The position numbers and the translations under genes are program-made. Below are positions 10,058 to 20,774 of a stretch of DNA of 64,000 nucleotides, in pieces. The stretch's first letter is position 1; each line of letters opens with the position of its first letter. The stretch spans positions 128,001 through 192,000 of the forward strand of contig CBDCNQ010000005.1 in the NCBI GenBank assembly GCA_965219445.1, written 5' to 3'. This DNA is from Longimicrobiales bacterium (GTDB lineage: Bacteria > Gemmatimonadota > Gemmatimonadetes > Longimicrobiales > Gaopeijiaceae). The notes under the pieces were generated by a model. The model was not told where the DNA came from, made no database searches, and saw only the letters and a program-made list of their open reading frames with translations.

Positions 10058-10969
10058 TCAGTTTGCGCTCCAAAATCCGGATAACGACGCACCGTGCGGA
10101 CTTTCACGTAGCTTTTCGAACGCGCGGTTCCGAATTTGCCGGATCCGCTCGCGGGTCACGCCGAGCAGGGATCCGATCTCCTCGAGTGTACGCTCTTCAC
10201 CGTCGTCCAAGCCGTAGTAGAGGTAAAGAATCTTCCTCTCTCGCTCGGTGAGATAGCTGTCGAACATGGTATCGAGGAAATCCCGACGAGCGATGGCTTC
10301 CACGTCTTCCTCAATGTCGGTCGCCTCGATTCCGGCGAAGCGCTCACCGAAGCTTGCGCTGTTACCGTCGCTGCGGTCGATGGGAGCGTCGAGGCTCAAT
10401 TCGCTGGCGGCCACCCTTCGAAGAGCACGAATCGTTTCGATCGGCTCTTCCATCTCCCGAGAAATTTCCTGGATTGTGGGGGAGCGGCCAAGCTGTTGAG
10501 TGAGGGCGGTATCGATGCGGGCGAGTTTGGCGAGGTTGGAATTCTGATTGAGAGGAATTCGAACCGATCGCGTTTGCTCCGCCAGCGCCTGGAGTACGGT
10601 TTGGCGGATCCACCAGACGGCGTACGAAATGAACTTGACACCCTTGTCCGGGTCGAACTTCTTGACCGCTTTCAGCAGCCCCTCGTTGCCAATGCACACG
10701 AGTTCGGCGAGTCCCAAGCCACGACCCTGGTATTTCTTCACATAAGAAATAACGAACCGGAGATTTGCCGTTACGAGTCGTTCGGCGGCTTCTTTGTCTC
10801 CTGATCGGGCCCGCCGTGCGAGAGCCCGTTCCTCAGCCGGATCCTGAATAAGGGGGTATTTCTCGACGTCTTGCAGATACTGGTCGAATGAGTCCAGGCC
10901 TCGGGAAGTCGAAAACATTCGTGCCGGGCGCCTCGTCTGAGGTGATGACGTGTCTCTAACAGCAACCAA
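10058..10969 (-). CDS. RNA polymerase sigma-70 factor, RpoD/RpoS-like, no region 1.1
   Basis: Region 1.2 DQYLQDV, region 2 ANLRFV..FISYAVWWIRQ, region 4 TLEEIG..GVTRERIRQI. Confidence 0.93.
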   Translation of the reverse strand: MVAVRDTSSPQTRRPARMFSTSRGLDSFDQYLQDVEKYPLIQDPAEERALARRARSGDKEAAERLVTANLRFVISYVKKYQGRGLGLAELVCIGNEGLLKAVKKFDPDKGVKFISYAVWWIRQTVLQALAEQTRSVRIPLNQNSNLAKLARIDTALTQQLGRSPTIQEISREMEEPIETIRALRRVAASELSLDAPIDRSDGNSASFGERFAGIEATDIEEDVEAIARRDFLDTMFDSYLTERERKILYLYYGLDDGEERTLEEIGSLLGVTRERIRQIRNRAFEKLRESPHGASLSGFWSAN

Positions 10970-11085
10970 TCCAAGCCACTTCGCGATAGTGCTACCTACT
11001 CCCGAGGCAAGGGAACAGATGTTTCACGTTACGTCGCGAAGGGAAAATAAACTAAAACTTTTGTTTCCGACGTCAAAGGGTTGGC

Positions 11086-12879
11086 CTAACGGCCCGCCGA
11101 AGGATCAGGTAAGATGCCTTGGCCTACGCCGGGGCGGCGGCTCCGACGTAACTGCCTGTCCTCGACCCCGCGTATCAGCCCCAACAGCTCGGCTGAGATG
11201 CGGAACGTGGGTGCGCTGAACGCATCGGGGCCGTTGAGTGGGAACGCTACGTCGATCCGGGTCAGGCCTCGAGTCCCGGCCGGCACCCCGATCCTCAGTC
11301 CGACTCCGGCCGTGGCCAGAGTGCCGGAATCTTCTCCGAAGGGAGCTCCTCCTTGCCAAATCGATCCGACGTCGGCGAAAGCGGTCATTCCCAGATCCAT
11401 GAAGCCTCCGCCCGGGGACCCGAGGTAAATCCGATCCTCCAGGGTGGCGATCAGGCGTCGTCCTCCCGGAAGGTCGTCGACACTGTAGCCTCTCAGCCCG
11501 GTCGATCCACCCAACGTCAACTGAAACGGACCGGTTACCGACCAGCCGCCGGCACCGGAGACACGCGCGAAGACAGTGTGTCGTGAGGTCTCCGCTGGGC
11601 GCCAATAGGAATAGATATCGAACTCACCGAGCATGTCCTTCCATCCGTCGTCGGCTCCGCCAAATATCTGTCGGCCTTCGAGGGTGATTGCCGAGGCGAG
11701 CACCCAGCTTCCGGACGCCAATCCGCCGAAGAAACGAACCCGCCCGAAGAAATCGGAGTCCTCATTCGTGGCGTTCGATCCCAGAAACGGGATGCTCTTG
11801 CCGAGCACGAGGGCCACCTCTCCGCCGATCGGGACATCTTGAACCCCCGTGAGGGCGTCCAGGCGGCGGCGCTGCTGAAAGGAAAGGTTTCTCTGGGCCA
11901 GGACCAGGTTCACGCGGGTCGTCGAGTAATCACGGACCTGTGGGACCAAGGTGTCAGAAATCCCAGGGGGCGCAGGCTCTGCATTATCGAAGTCTCGATC
12001 CTGGACGACCTCCGCCCCGTCCGAGAACGTCGTGTATTCCCACCTTTCCCTCGAGAGTCCGGCACCGAGGATGCTGAGCCGTCCCGGACGTCCAATTCTT
12101 CCTGCTACCGTGATCTCGCTCGACTTTTGCCCGAAGGGCTGTACGACGTGGGAGTACGTACCTCCTGCGGGGAGGGTATAGGCAAACAGGTCCTCCTCCC
12201 GGACGAACGACTGCACCGCCGCGTATCGGCCGACCTCCCCTACAAAGGGATAAGAGAAGCGTTGCTGGATGGAACTCCCGGCCCGGGTTTGACTGGCTTG
12301 TAGCTGGGTGTCCCAACGAGTGCCGAGGAGGCGGGTGGTCGCGAAACTTCCTCCAATAGCGAGACGTTCCCGATTGTCACGGTAGAACCCCCGGACGGCC
12401 ATGCCTCTTCCAGCCAGGTTCGTCTCCGTGACGTCGATCCCAAGGAACTCGAAACCCTCTTCGAACCGGAAACGCGGGTCGACTCGGAGAGTCCAACGGT
12501 CCCAGGTTTCGACGATGACATGCACGGATCCGTCGGGTTGGCGCACCCCGGATGTCTCTACCCGGTCGATGAAGCTCAGTTGGCGGATGAGTCGCCCGGA
12601 TTCCTCTACGAGAAACGGGTCATAGCAGTCGCCGACCTCAATGAGGAGTTCGCCTCTCAGAAAGTTCTCATTCGTGTCGGGGTGGAGCCCGTTCGCGAGG
12701 TTGGAGAACCAAGGAAGTGCGCCCGCATCTGTGGAGGCGTCCATATCGAAGATGGAATGAGGGCTTACGAGGATCGCCGATACTTCCCCCTGGGGGCATA
12801 CTTGGCCGGCGAGCGCCGTGGCCGATGTGGTACCAAGGAGGGCAAGTAACGTTAACATATGGGTGGAATGAAGTGCCAT
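11086..12879 (-). CDS. Omp85/TamA-like outer-membrane protein with POTRA-like N-terminus
   Basis: Signal peptide; GDCYDPFLVEESGR POTRA-like segment, ETNLAGRG barrel start, LGGSTGLRGY motif. Confidence 0.7.
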   Translation of the reverse strand: MALHSTHMLTLLALLGTTSATALAGQVCPQGEVSAILVSPHSIFDMDASTDAGALPWFSNLANGLHPDTNENFLRGELLIEVGDCYDPFLVEESGRLIRQLSFIDRVETSGVRQPDGSVHVIVETWDRWTLRVDPRFRFEEGFEFLGIDVTETNLAGRGMAVRGFYRDNRERLAIGGSFATTRLLGTRWDTQLQASQTRAGSSIQQRFSYPFVGEVGRYAAVQSFVREEDLFAYTLPAGGTYSHVVQPFGQKSSEITVAGRIGRPGRLSILGAGLSRERWEYTTFSDGAEVVQDRDFDNAEPAPPGISDTLVPQVRDYSTTRVNLVLAQRNLSFQQRRRLDALTGVQDVPIGGEVALVLGKSIPFLGSNATNEDSDFFGRVRFFGGLASGSWVLASAITLEGRQIFGGADDGWKDMLGEFDIYSYWRPAETSRHTVFARVSGAGGWSVTGPFQLTLGGSTGLRGYSVDDLPGGRRLIATLEDRIYLGSPGGGFMDLGMTAFADVGSIWQGGAPFGEDSGTLATAGVGLRIGVPAGTRGLTRIDVAFPLNGPDAFSAPTFRISAELLGLIRGVEDRQLRRSRRPGVGQGILPDPSAGR

Positions 12880-12968
12880 TAGATCCCTTGTCAGGCGATG
12901 GTCACGCGATGAACGCGCAACGTCCTACCTGACTAATTTAACCCATACCCTCTCCGCGAGGCTTCCGA

Positions 12969-15233
12969 ATGGACGCTCGTAGCAAAGCGGCCCTCGAATA
13001 TCACACCACGGGCCGGCCCGGGAAGATCGAGGTGATCCCCACCAAGGCGCTCAATACGGAGCGAGAGTTGTCGCTCGCATATAGTCCGGGAGTGGCGGCC
13101 CCATGTCTCGCAATCCGCGATGAACCCGACGCGGTGTTCAAGTACACAGCACGTGGGAATTTGGTCGCAGTCGTGTCGAATGGGACTGCGGTGCTGGGCT
13201 TGGGGAACATCGGTCCGAGTGCTTCGAAGCCTGTCATGGAGGGCAAGGGGGTACTCTTCAAGAAGTTCGCTGGCATTGATGTGTTCGATCTCGAGGTCGG
13301 ATCCGAGGACCCGGAGGATGTCATTCGTTTTTGCGAGCTTCTCGAGCCCACGGTCGGGGGAATCAATCTTGAGGACATCAGGTCGCCCGACTGCTTCATA
13401 ATTGAAGAACGCCTCCAGGCTCTGGATATACCGGTGTTCCACGACGATCAACACGGCACGGCGATCATCGCAACCGCGGCGCTATTGAACGCGTTAGAAA
13501 TCACCGGCAAGAAGGCATCGAAAGTACGGGTCGTGTTCAGTGGAGCCGGGGCGTCGGCAATTTCTACTGCGGAGCAATTCACCCGGATGGGCGTCGCACG
13601 CGACCACCTCATCTTCGTCGACCGTGAAGGGGTGATCCACGCCGGGCGTAAGAAGGGGATGAACGAATACAAGGCCCGCTTTGCGGTCGACACAGACCGG
13701 AGCACATTGGCGGAGGCGATGGACGGTGCCGACGTTTTCGTCGGGCTATCCGTCCGGGGAGTGGTCACGGGGGAGATGGTCGCCTCGATGGCGAAGCGTC
13801 CCATCGTATTTGCGTTGGCCAATCCCGATCCGGAGATCACACCGGAAGAGGTCGCCGAGGTCAGGGACGACGCCATCATGGCGACCGGGCGCTCCGATTA
13901 TCCGAATCAGGTCAACAACGTGCTGGGCTTCCCCTTCCTGTTCAGGGGAGCTCTGGATGTTCGTGCACGCGCCATCAATCACGAGATGATGAGTGCGGCC
14001 ACGAGGGCCCTGGCCGAGTTGGCGAAGGCCAGCGTGCCCCAGTCCGTGGCCGCCGCCTATGGCGGCGAGGTCTTCGAATTCGGTCCCGAGTACCTGATCC
14101 CAAAGCCATTTGACCCGAGAGTCCTTTTCTACGTGGCTCCGGCGGTGGCAAAGGCTGCGATGGACTCGGGCGTCGCCCGCGTAAGCATCGACGTGGAACA
14201 ATACGAGGACGGGCTCAAGGCGAGCCTGGGCCCCGGCGGAGAGGTGATGAGGGGCTTGATCGATCGGGCGCGCAAGCGTCCGATGAGAGTGGTCCTGGCC
14301 GATGGCTACAACGAACGAGTGATCCGTGCCGCCCAGGAGATCGTGGAAGAGGGCATTGCCGTGCCCGTGCTAGTGGGACGTGAGGCCAAGATCAATGATA
14401 TCGTCGAACTGCACGGCCTCGACCTGGAGGGTGTGGAGATCGTCCACCCGATCGTGAGCGACAAAGTACGACATGAGTATGCCGAAGCGCTCTACACCTC
14501 CCGGGAAAGGAAGGGTCTCACGCGTGCTGAGGCACGCTCGAGGATGTACCAGCCGGGCTATTTCGCCGGCATGATGGTCCGCCAGGGCGATGCAGACGCC
14601 ATGGTGGGAGGGATCGAGTCGCACTACTCCGAACTCATACGGCCGGCGCTGGAGGTCCTCGGACGGGCAGAGGGAGTGCGTAAGGTGGCCGCGATGTACG
14701 TGGTGGCGCTCAGAGATCGAGAACTGCTCTTCTTCGGTGACACTGCCGTGAATATCTCCCCGGACGCGGATACTCTGAGGGATATCGCACTGCTCACCGC
14801 CGGTTTTGTGGAGAAACTCGGGATCCGCCCGCGCATCGCCATGCTCTCGTTTTCGAATTTCGGATCTGTACGTCATCCCGAGGCGGAGAAGGTTCGACAA
14901 GCCGTGAAGCACTTGAAAAAGCTTCAACCGGAAATGGAGATCGACGGAGAAATGCAGGCCGATACGGCACTCAATACAGAGATTCTGCGGTCGCAGTACC
15001 CCTTTAGCGACTTGAAGAAGGCCGCTAACGTGCTCATCTTTCCGGGCCTCGCAGCGGCCAACACGGCCTATAAGTTGTTGGTGGAGTTGGGAGGGGCTGA
15101 GGTGATCGGACCCATCCTCTTGGGAATGAGGCATCCGGTACATTTTCTCCAGAGGGACGCCACAGTCTCCGATATCATAAACCTGGTGACACTCGCGTCG
15201 GTAGACGCGCAGGTTCGCTCTCAACAACCCTAG
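12969..15233 (+). CDS. maeB: NADP-dependent malic enzyme with phosphotransacetylase-like C-terminal domain
   Basis: [47 protein letters not shown]-like DGEMQAD. Confidence 0.96.
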   Translation: MDARSKAALEYHTTGRPGKIEVIPTKALNTERELSLAYSPGVAAPCLAIRDEPDAVFKYTARGNLVAVVSNGTAVLGLGNIGPSASKPVMEGKGVLFKKFAGIDVFDLEVGSEDPEDVIRFCELLEPTVGGINLEDIRSPDCFIIEERLQALDIPVFHDDQHGTAIIATAALLNALEITGKKASKVRVVFSGAGASAISTAEQFTRMGVARDHLIFVDREGVIHAGRKKGMNEYKARFAVDTDRSTLAEAMDGADVFVGLSVRGVVTGEMVASMAKRPIVFALANPDPEITPEEVAEVRDDAIMATGRSDYPNQVNNVLGFPFLFRGALDVRARAINHEMMSAATRALAELAKASVPQSVAAAYGGEVFEFGPEYLIPKPFDPRVLFYVAPAVAKAAMDSGVARVSIDVEQYEDGLKASLGPGGEVMRGLIDRARKRPMRVVLADGYNERVIRAAQEIVEEGIAVPVLVGREAKINDIVELHGLDLEGVEIVHPIVSDKVRHEYAEALYTSRERKGLTRAEARSRMYQPGYFAGMMVRQGDADAMVGGIESHYSELIRPALEVLGRAEGVRKVAAMYVVALRDRELLFFGDTAVNISPDADTLRDIALLTAGFVEKLGIRPRIAMLSFSNFGSVRHPEAEKVRQAVKHLKKLQPEMEIDGEMQADTALNTEILRSQYPFSDLKKAANVLIFPGLAAANTAYKLLVELGGAEVIGPILLGMRHPVHFLQRDATVSDIINLVTLASVDAQVRSQQP

Positions 15234-15246
15234 CACCTGTGGACGA

Positions 15247-16872
15247 ATGTCGATAAAGACCGAGCGTGAAGCGGAAGTGATCGGGACCGGCGCGGTGGGC
15301 GTTGCTGGATTGGATATGCATGGGCTCGAGCCCCGTGAAGCCGTGAACTGGAATCTCTCGCCCGTTCAACTCTATGAGAGAGCGTTGGAGCGGGGCGAGG
15401 GCCGACTCGCTCACATGGGTGCCTTTACCGCCGTCACCGCGCCTCACACCGGCCGTTCTCCCGGTGACAGGTTCATCGTGAGGGAGTCGCTGACCGGAGA
15501 CACTGTGGATTGGGATTCCGTTGGCGCGCCCCTGAGCGAGGAGCACTTCTCTGCGCTCCGTGAGGAAGTCATCGCCTTTCTGAACGGGCAGGAGCTGTTC
15601 GTTCGAGACGCGCGGGTTGGTGCCGATCCCAATCACTCTCTGAACGTCCGGGTTGTGAATCACAACGCGTGGCACAACCTGTTCGCCTATAACATGTTCC
15701 TTCGGCCCACGCCTGGGGAGTTGGCTGCGTTTCAACCCGAATTCACGGTACTGCATGCGCCGGGGTTCCAAGCCGATCCCGCGAAGCACGGGACGGCCAC
15801 GGGGACCTTCATCGTGATCAACTTCAAGGAGCGCCAGGTCCTGATCGGTGCGTCCAACTACGCCGGAGAGATCAAGAAGTCCATCTTCACGGTGCTGAAC
15901 TACATGCTCCCCGATCAGGGTGTCCTGCCGATGCACTGCTCCGCCAACATCGGTCTGGAGGGGGACACCGCGCTCTTTTTTGGCCTTTCCGGCACGGGCA
16001 AGACCACGCTGTCGGCCGATCCGGAACGAAGGCTCATCGGAGACGATGAGCACGGGTGGGGCGGTGGCGGGGTGTTCAACTTCGAGGGAGGGTGCTACGC
16101 GAAGGCCATCCACTTGTCCCTCGAGAGTGAGCCGGAGATCTACCGTGCGACGCACATGTTCGGGACGATTCTGGAAAACGTGGTTCTGCGCGAAGGGACC
16201 TCGGAGATCGACTTCGACGACGCGACGATCACCGAGAACACGAGGGCCTCGTATCCCATCCATTACATTCCGAATGCCGCAATTCCGGGCCGGGGTGACC
16301 ACCCGAAGAACGTCATTTTTCTGACTGCGGATGCTTTTGGAGTACTGCCTCCGATTTCGAAGTTGACTCCCGAGCAGGCGATGTACCATTTCCTGTCGGG
16401 GTACACCGCGAAGGTAGCCGGAACGGAGCGCGGCGTTACCGAGCCCGAGGCGACCTTCAGCACTTGCTTCGGTGCACCATTTCTGCTGCGCCATCCGGGC
16501 GAGTACGCGAAGATGCTGGGTGAACGGCTTGACACTCATGGGGCCCGGGTGTGGCTTGTAAATACCGGTTGGAGTGGCGGTGGCTACGGCACGGGCAGCC
16601 GCATGAAGCTGTCCTATACGAGGGCCATGGTGCGAGCGGCCCTGGCCTGGGAACTGGAAGAGGTCGAGGCGGTGAGCGACCCGATCTTCGGGCTGCTCAT
16701 GCCCTCGGAAGTACCAGACGTGCCGCCGGAGATCCTGAATCCACGCGACACCTGGGCGGATGGCGCTGCCTACGACGCTGCGGCCGGGAAGCTGGCGAAA
16801 ATGTTCAGGGAGAACTTCCGCCGGTTCGAGGCGCAGGTTCCGGACGAGGTGAAGGCTGCGGGACCGAAGTAG
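15247..16872 (+). CDS. pckA: Phosphoenolpyruvate carboxykinase (ATP)
   Basis: YAGEIKKS, MHCSAN, FGLSGTGKTTLS, LIGDDEHGW, FEGGCYAK. Confidence 0.97.
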   Translation: MSIKTEREAEVIGTGAVGVAGLDMHGLEPREAVNWNLSPVQLYERALERGEGRLAHMGAFTAVTAPHTGRSPGDRFIVRESLTGDTVDWDSVGAPLSEEHFSALREEVIAFLNGQELFVRDARVGADPNHSLNVRVVNHNAWHNLFAYNMFLRPTPGELAAFQPEFTVLHAPGFQADPAKHGTATGTFIVINFKERQVLIGASNYAGEIKKSIFTVLNYMLPDQGVLPMHCSANIGLEGDTALFFGLSGTGKTTLSADPERRLIGDDEHGWGGGGVFNFEGGCYAKAIHLSLESEPEIYRATHMFGTILENVVLREGTSEIDFDDATITENTRASYPIHYIPNAAIPGRGDHPKNVIFLTADAFGVLPPISKLTPEQAMYHFLSGYTAKVAGTERGVTEPEATFSTCFGAPFLLRHPGEYAKMLGERLDTHGARVWLVNTGWSGGGYGTGSRMKLSYTRAMVRAALAWELEEVEAVSDPIFGLLMPSEVPDVPPEILNPRDTWADGAAYDAAAGKLAKMFRENFRRFEAQVPDEVKAAGPK

Positions 16873-16932
16873 GGGTCTTCCTCAGCTTAGGAGCCCAGCG
16901 CGGGCAGCGCGTTTGTCCCGGGAGATGGATGT

Positions 16933-18261
16933 ATGACCCGTAGGGGCACCGCACGGATGATCGGGAGCGAGGATGTCCTCGCTGGCCAGAGGGAATTCTT
17001 GTTCCCCTCGGTCAGGCCGCTGTACGACGAGCCTCTAGTATTGGACGAAGGCGAGGGTGTCCGGGTGCGGGACGTCGATGGTCGGGAGTACCTGGACTTC
17101 TTCAGCGGAATCCTCACTACGTCCGTGGGCCACTGCCATCCCAAGGTCGTGGAGCGCGTCCAGGCTCAAGTCCGACGGTTGGGCCATACCTCTCCGCTCT
17201 ACGTCACCGAACCGCAGGTCGAGGCGGCTCGGCGTCTGGCCGAGATCGCTCCAGGGGGACTGAGCCAGACGTTCTTCACGAACTCTGGGACCGAGGCGAT
17301 CGAGACGGCCATTCACATGGCGTTTCTGCACACCGGGCGGAGCGAGATCATCGCTTTGCGGCAGGCCTACCACGGTCGGAGCTTCTTGGGGACGAACCTC
17401 ACAGCGATGAAGGTGTGGAGGCCGCTCCCTTCCTCGTTCCCCGGCGTCAAGCATGCGATGACCCCGTACCCGTACCGTTGTCCCTTCAAGCAGCCGTGCG
17501 ATGAGAGCTGCAGTGAGGCGTTCGCTCGCGATTTGGAGGATGTGATCAGCACGACGACGGACGGTCGTCCCGCTGCGTTCATCGCGGAGCCAGTTCTTGG
17601 CGTGGGCGGATACATCGTTCCACCGCCCGGCTACTTCGCCCGTGCGGCGGAGATCATCCGATCGTGCGGAGGCCTCTTCATCGTGGACGAGGTTCAGTCC
17701 GGATTCGGACGCACCGGAGGCCGCTGGTTCGCCATCGAGCACTGGGGGGTCGAGCCGGACATCATGGTCATGGCGAAGGGCATCGCGAATGGCGCGCCCG
17801 TCGGAGCGACCATCACGCGTCCCGACATCGCGACGTCCTGGAGACCCAAGACGTTCTCCACGTTCGGTGGGAATCCGGTTTCGATGGCGGCGGTCTGTGC
17901 GACGCTCGAGGTGATGGTCGCGGAGGACGTCCCGTCCCGCGCTGAGACGAGAGGCAACCAACTTTCGCGAGGGTTCGAGGAGCTGGAGGATCAATACAAC
18001 TGGATTGGTGAGGCTCGGGGCATGGGACTCATGCAGGCGCTCGAAATCGTACGTGACCCCCACACCAAGGAGCCCGCTCCAGAGACGGCGAAGGCCCTTC
18101 TCGAGGCGGCCAGGGAAGAAGGCCTGCTCATCGGTATCGGCGGCCTCCATGGGCACGTGCTCCGCATCGGCCCGTCCCTCCTGATTTCGGAAGCCGAGGT
18201 GGCCGAGGGTCTGGAGCGTCTCCGGCGGGCTTGCGAGCGGGTGGAGCAAATGGGATCCTGA
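16933..18261 (+). CDS. Class III PLP-dependent aminotransferase (AGXT2/GabT-like)
   Basis: NSGTEA, YHG, DEVQSGFGRTG, MAKGIANG (PLP lysine), STFGGNP. Confidence 0.9.
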   Translation: MTRRGTARMIGSEDVLAGQREFLFPSVRPLYDEPLVLDEGEGVRVRDVDGREYLDFFSGILTTSVGHCHPKVVERVQAQVRRLGHTSPLYVTEPQVEAARRLAEIAPGGLSQTFFTNSGTEAIETAIHMAFLHTGRSEIIALRQAYHGRSFLGTNLTAMKVWRPLPSSFPGVKHAMTPYPYRCPFKQPCDESCSEAFARDLEDVISTTTDGRPAAFIAEPVLGVGGYIVPPPGYFARAAEIIRSCGGLFIVDEVQSGFGRTGGRWFAIEHWGVEPDIMVMAKGIANGAPVGATITRPDIATSWRPKTFSTFGGNPVSMAAVCATLEVMVAEDVPSRAETRGNQLSRGFEELEDQYNWIGEARGMGLMQALEIVRDPHTKEPAPETAKALLEAAREEGLLIGIGGLHGHVLRIGPSLLISEAEVAEGLERLRRACERVEQMGS

Positions 18262-18309
18262 GGCCTTATTTTGCCGGCGAGAAGTCTGTGGGGTCTCGCC
18301 CAGCCGCCG

Positions 18310-19698
18310 TCAGTTCGTACCGAAGCGTCGAGCGATCTCGTCGAGTCGGTCCTGAATGTAGGTTTCGGCGAACCAGCGACCCCTCACCATCACCCCTGCC
18401 CGGTCGGCCACGTTTCGAGTGTCGTCCAGCGGATTGGAATTCAGGAGGATGAGGTCCGCGCGGCGACCTACGGCCACGGTGCCGAACGTGTCGCTCCGCC
18501 GGAAGTACTCCCCCACGGCCCGTGTTCCCGAGACCAGGATCTCGTAAGAAGACATACCGGCCGCCGCCATCGCCTGCATCTCGCGGTGGAGCGAGAAGCC
18601 CGGCACTGAGAAGATCTGCGGCGAGTCCGTCCCCATGAGAATGCCCACCCCGCCGTCGGAGAGGGCCTTGAGCACCTCCAGTCTGTTGTTGGCCCACAGG
18701 TCGGCTGCGCCGGGATCCGCTGCGGCCTCCCGTGCGCTCTCGGCGTGTCTGCGAGTCCAGCCCTCGACGCCCTCGACCACGCCCGGAATGCTCTGCTTGG
18801 GCCAATAACGCATTTCGGGGCGGCTCGCCAAAGCTTCTCCATCACCGCGACCGATGATGCCAACGTCCCAGAGCACCATAGTGGGCACGACCCAGGCATC
18901 GGCGTTCTTTACCATGACGACCAGCTCGTCGAGGCTGCCCGGGTCGATAGGCTCGTCGAATGCGTTGAGGACCTCGATGAAGCCATCCAAGTGGTCGAAG
19001 GTTTCCTGGCCCATCTCGATGGCGTGCTCGAGTCCGACGTCGGCCGGTACGTGGCCGCCGAAACGGATGCCCACTTCGTGGGCAGTCAGGGCCATGGCGT
19101 CGTATTCAGGCACCGTCAGCCCAGGATGGATCTTTAGGAGGTCCCAGCCCTGTTCCTTTTGGGTGCGGACCCTCCGGGCGGCCTGCTCGGGAGAGGACAC
19201 TGAGCCGCCGCTGAAGCTGGGTCCTGCCATGTAAAGCGTGGGAGCCACGATCTCGCCCGCGTTCGCCTGGCGGCGCAGCTCCATGTGGCCGTCTTGGCCG
19301 AGCATACCCCGGACGGTGGTCACACCGTTGGCCACATAAAGGAACATCACCGCCTCCTCGATCTCCCCACCCGGCATGTGGCCATGCATCTCCGCCAGGC
19401 CGGGCATGAGGTATTTGCCCGTACCGTCGACCGTCGTGACGCCAGCAGGAACTCGGACCTCGTCGGCCGATCCCAGGCGCCGGATCCTGCCCTGTTCTAC
19501 GAGGACCGTTTGGTCCCTTAGGACTCGCTCGACGTCCATGGGGACGACGTTGACGTTGGTAAACGCAACGGCCTCGGGGGCGCTCTGTGCCGCGGGGTGC
19601 GGTGCGGAGAAGTCAGGTGCCAAGCCGGCCCGTGAGGCGGCCAGCATCGAGCCGCCCGAGACAACGGCGGCCAGCGCTATTGTGGTACGAATCTTCAT
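18310..19698 (-). CDS. Secreted amidohydrolase family protein
   Basis: Signal peptide; DGTGKYLMPGLAEMHGH, GVTTVR, MGTDSP, G..ADLILL..NPL. Confidence 0.85.
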   Translation of the reverse strand: MKIRTTIALAAVVSGGSMLAASRAGLAPDFSAPHPAAQSAPEAVAFTNVNVVPMDVERVLRDQTVLVEQGRIRRLGSADEVRVPAGVTTVDGTGKYLMPGLAEMHGHMPGGEIEEAVMFLYVANGVTTVRGMLGQDGHMELRRQANAGEIVAPTLYMAGPSFSGGSVSSPEQAARRVRTQKEQGWDLLKIHPGLTVPEYDAMALTAHEVGIRFGGHVPADVGLEHAIEMGQETFDHLDGFIEVLNAFDEPIDPGSLDELVVMVKNADAWVVPTMVLWDVGIIGRGDGEALASRPEMRYWPKQSIPGVVEGVEGWTRRHAESAREAAADPGAADLWANNRLEVLKALSDGGVGILMGTDSPQIFSVPGFSLHREMQAMAAAGMSSYEILVSGTRAVGEYFRRSDTFGTVAVGRRADLILLNSNPLDDTRNVADRAGVMVRGRWFAETYIQDRLDEIARRFGTN

Positions 19699-19711
19699 AC
19701 CGTGCCTCGTC

Positions 19712-20560
19712 CTACGGCAGCGCAGCCGCCATCTCGTCGTAAAAGCCAGGAATGCTTCTCCGCATGAAAAGGCCGTTCTCCGCCATGGTCCAGCTCAGAT
19801 CCGCCGTCCTGATGCGAGCGGATGCCTCACTCTTGCGCACACCCGACCTGATCAAATCCGCCATGCGGGCACGAACCGCCTCCATCTGATTACGAAAGTC
19901 CACCACATCGCTTCGATCCATGATCGCACCGTGACCGGGAATGGCGGTGTCGAAATCCAGTGCCAGAATGTTGTTCAAGGTAGCGACCCAGCCGGTGCTA
20001 CTGCCGCCATTGGCATAGTCGATAAACGGCGCGGTGCCATGAAGTAGATCACCTCCATGCACAGTTCTCAGATCAGGAAAATAGATCACCGCGTCACCGT
20101 TGGTGTGTCCACGGCCCATATACAGCGCTCGTACCTCAACGCCCCCGAGATAAACGGCAGTCTCATCGGTAAAGACCACTCTCGGCGGCGCGTCCTGGTC
20201 GCCTTTGACCATGTTGTCTCTGGCATTCTGGTGAGCGATGACTTCGGCGATGTTGATGTACTCCACGTTACCACCCGAGTGGTCACCGTGATGATGGCTG
20301 TTGATGACGTATTTGACCGGTTGATCACTCACCTGGCCGACCAGCTCCTGAATCTCACTAAAATTCCGCGGAAATTTGTCGTCGATCAGAATTGCCCCGT
20401 CCCGGGTAACGCGTACTCCGACGTTTCCTCCGCTACCGATGATGGCGTAGAGCCCATCCTTGACTCGTTCTATGGACAGGCTGTTTTGTGCGTGAGCGCC
20501 GATTGAGGCGGTCGCAACAAGGATGCTGCTCAGGAACATCCCTCTCATCAAGTGGCTCAT
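19712..20560 (-). CDS. Secreted metallo-beta-lactamase-fold hydrolase (cyclase-like)
   Basis: Signal peptide AHA-Q; SHHHGDHSGG, GHTNGD, IPGHG. Confidence 0.88.
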   Translation of the reverse strand: MSHLMRGMFLSSILVATASIGAHAQNSLSIERVKDGLYAIIGSGGNVGVRVTRDGAILIDDKFPRNFSEIQELVGQVSDQPVKYVINSHHHGDHSGGNVEYINIAEVIAHQNARDNMVKGDQDAPPRVVFTDETAVYLGGVEVRALYMGRGHTNGDAVIYFPDLRTVHGGDLLHGTAPFIDYANGGSSTGWVATLNNILALDFDTAIPGHGAIMDRSDVVDFRNQMEAVRARMADLIRSGVRKSEASARIRTADLSWTMAENGLFMRRSIPGFYDEMAAALP

Positions 20561-20774
20561 AAATCCTCCTGCCGGCGCTCGGCGCCGCGGTTGGCGCTTT
20601 GGGTTTCAGCGCTTGACCATCGCTTGACCGTAGTACATGAAGGAAAGAAATAACTGGGCTCCACTCTAATCGCGAGGTGCTTTCCTGAATGGCTACGAGA
20701 AGGCAGTTTGTCTCGTTGACCGCAGCGGCCGCCATCACGGCCAGCATGCTTGGCTTCTAGAGGAGGAACCTCCC

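Noticed and set aside
11013..11024. LexA box GAAC-N4-GTTT
   Set aside because: Single imperfect instance, and none seen before the repair genes in the window
11020..11035. parS site
   Set aside because: Only one half of TGTTTCACGTGAAACA matches
17035..18249. Long antisense ORFs (also 15175-16539, 29036-30190, 57219-58145)
   Set aside because: Shadow frames of GC-rich genes with no recognisable motifs
20610..20629. CGCTTGACC direct repeat with 11-bp period between divergent MBL genes
   Set aside because: Could be an OmpR-type site but two short copies are insufficient evidence
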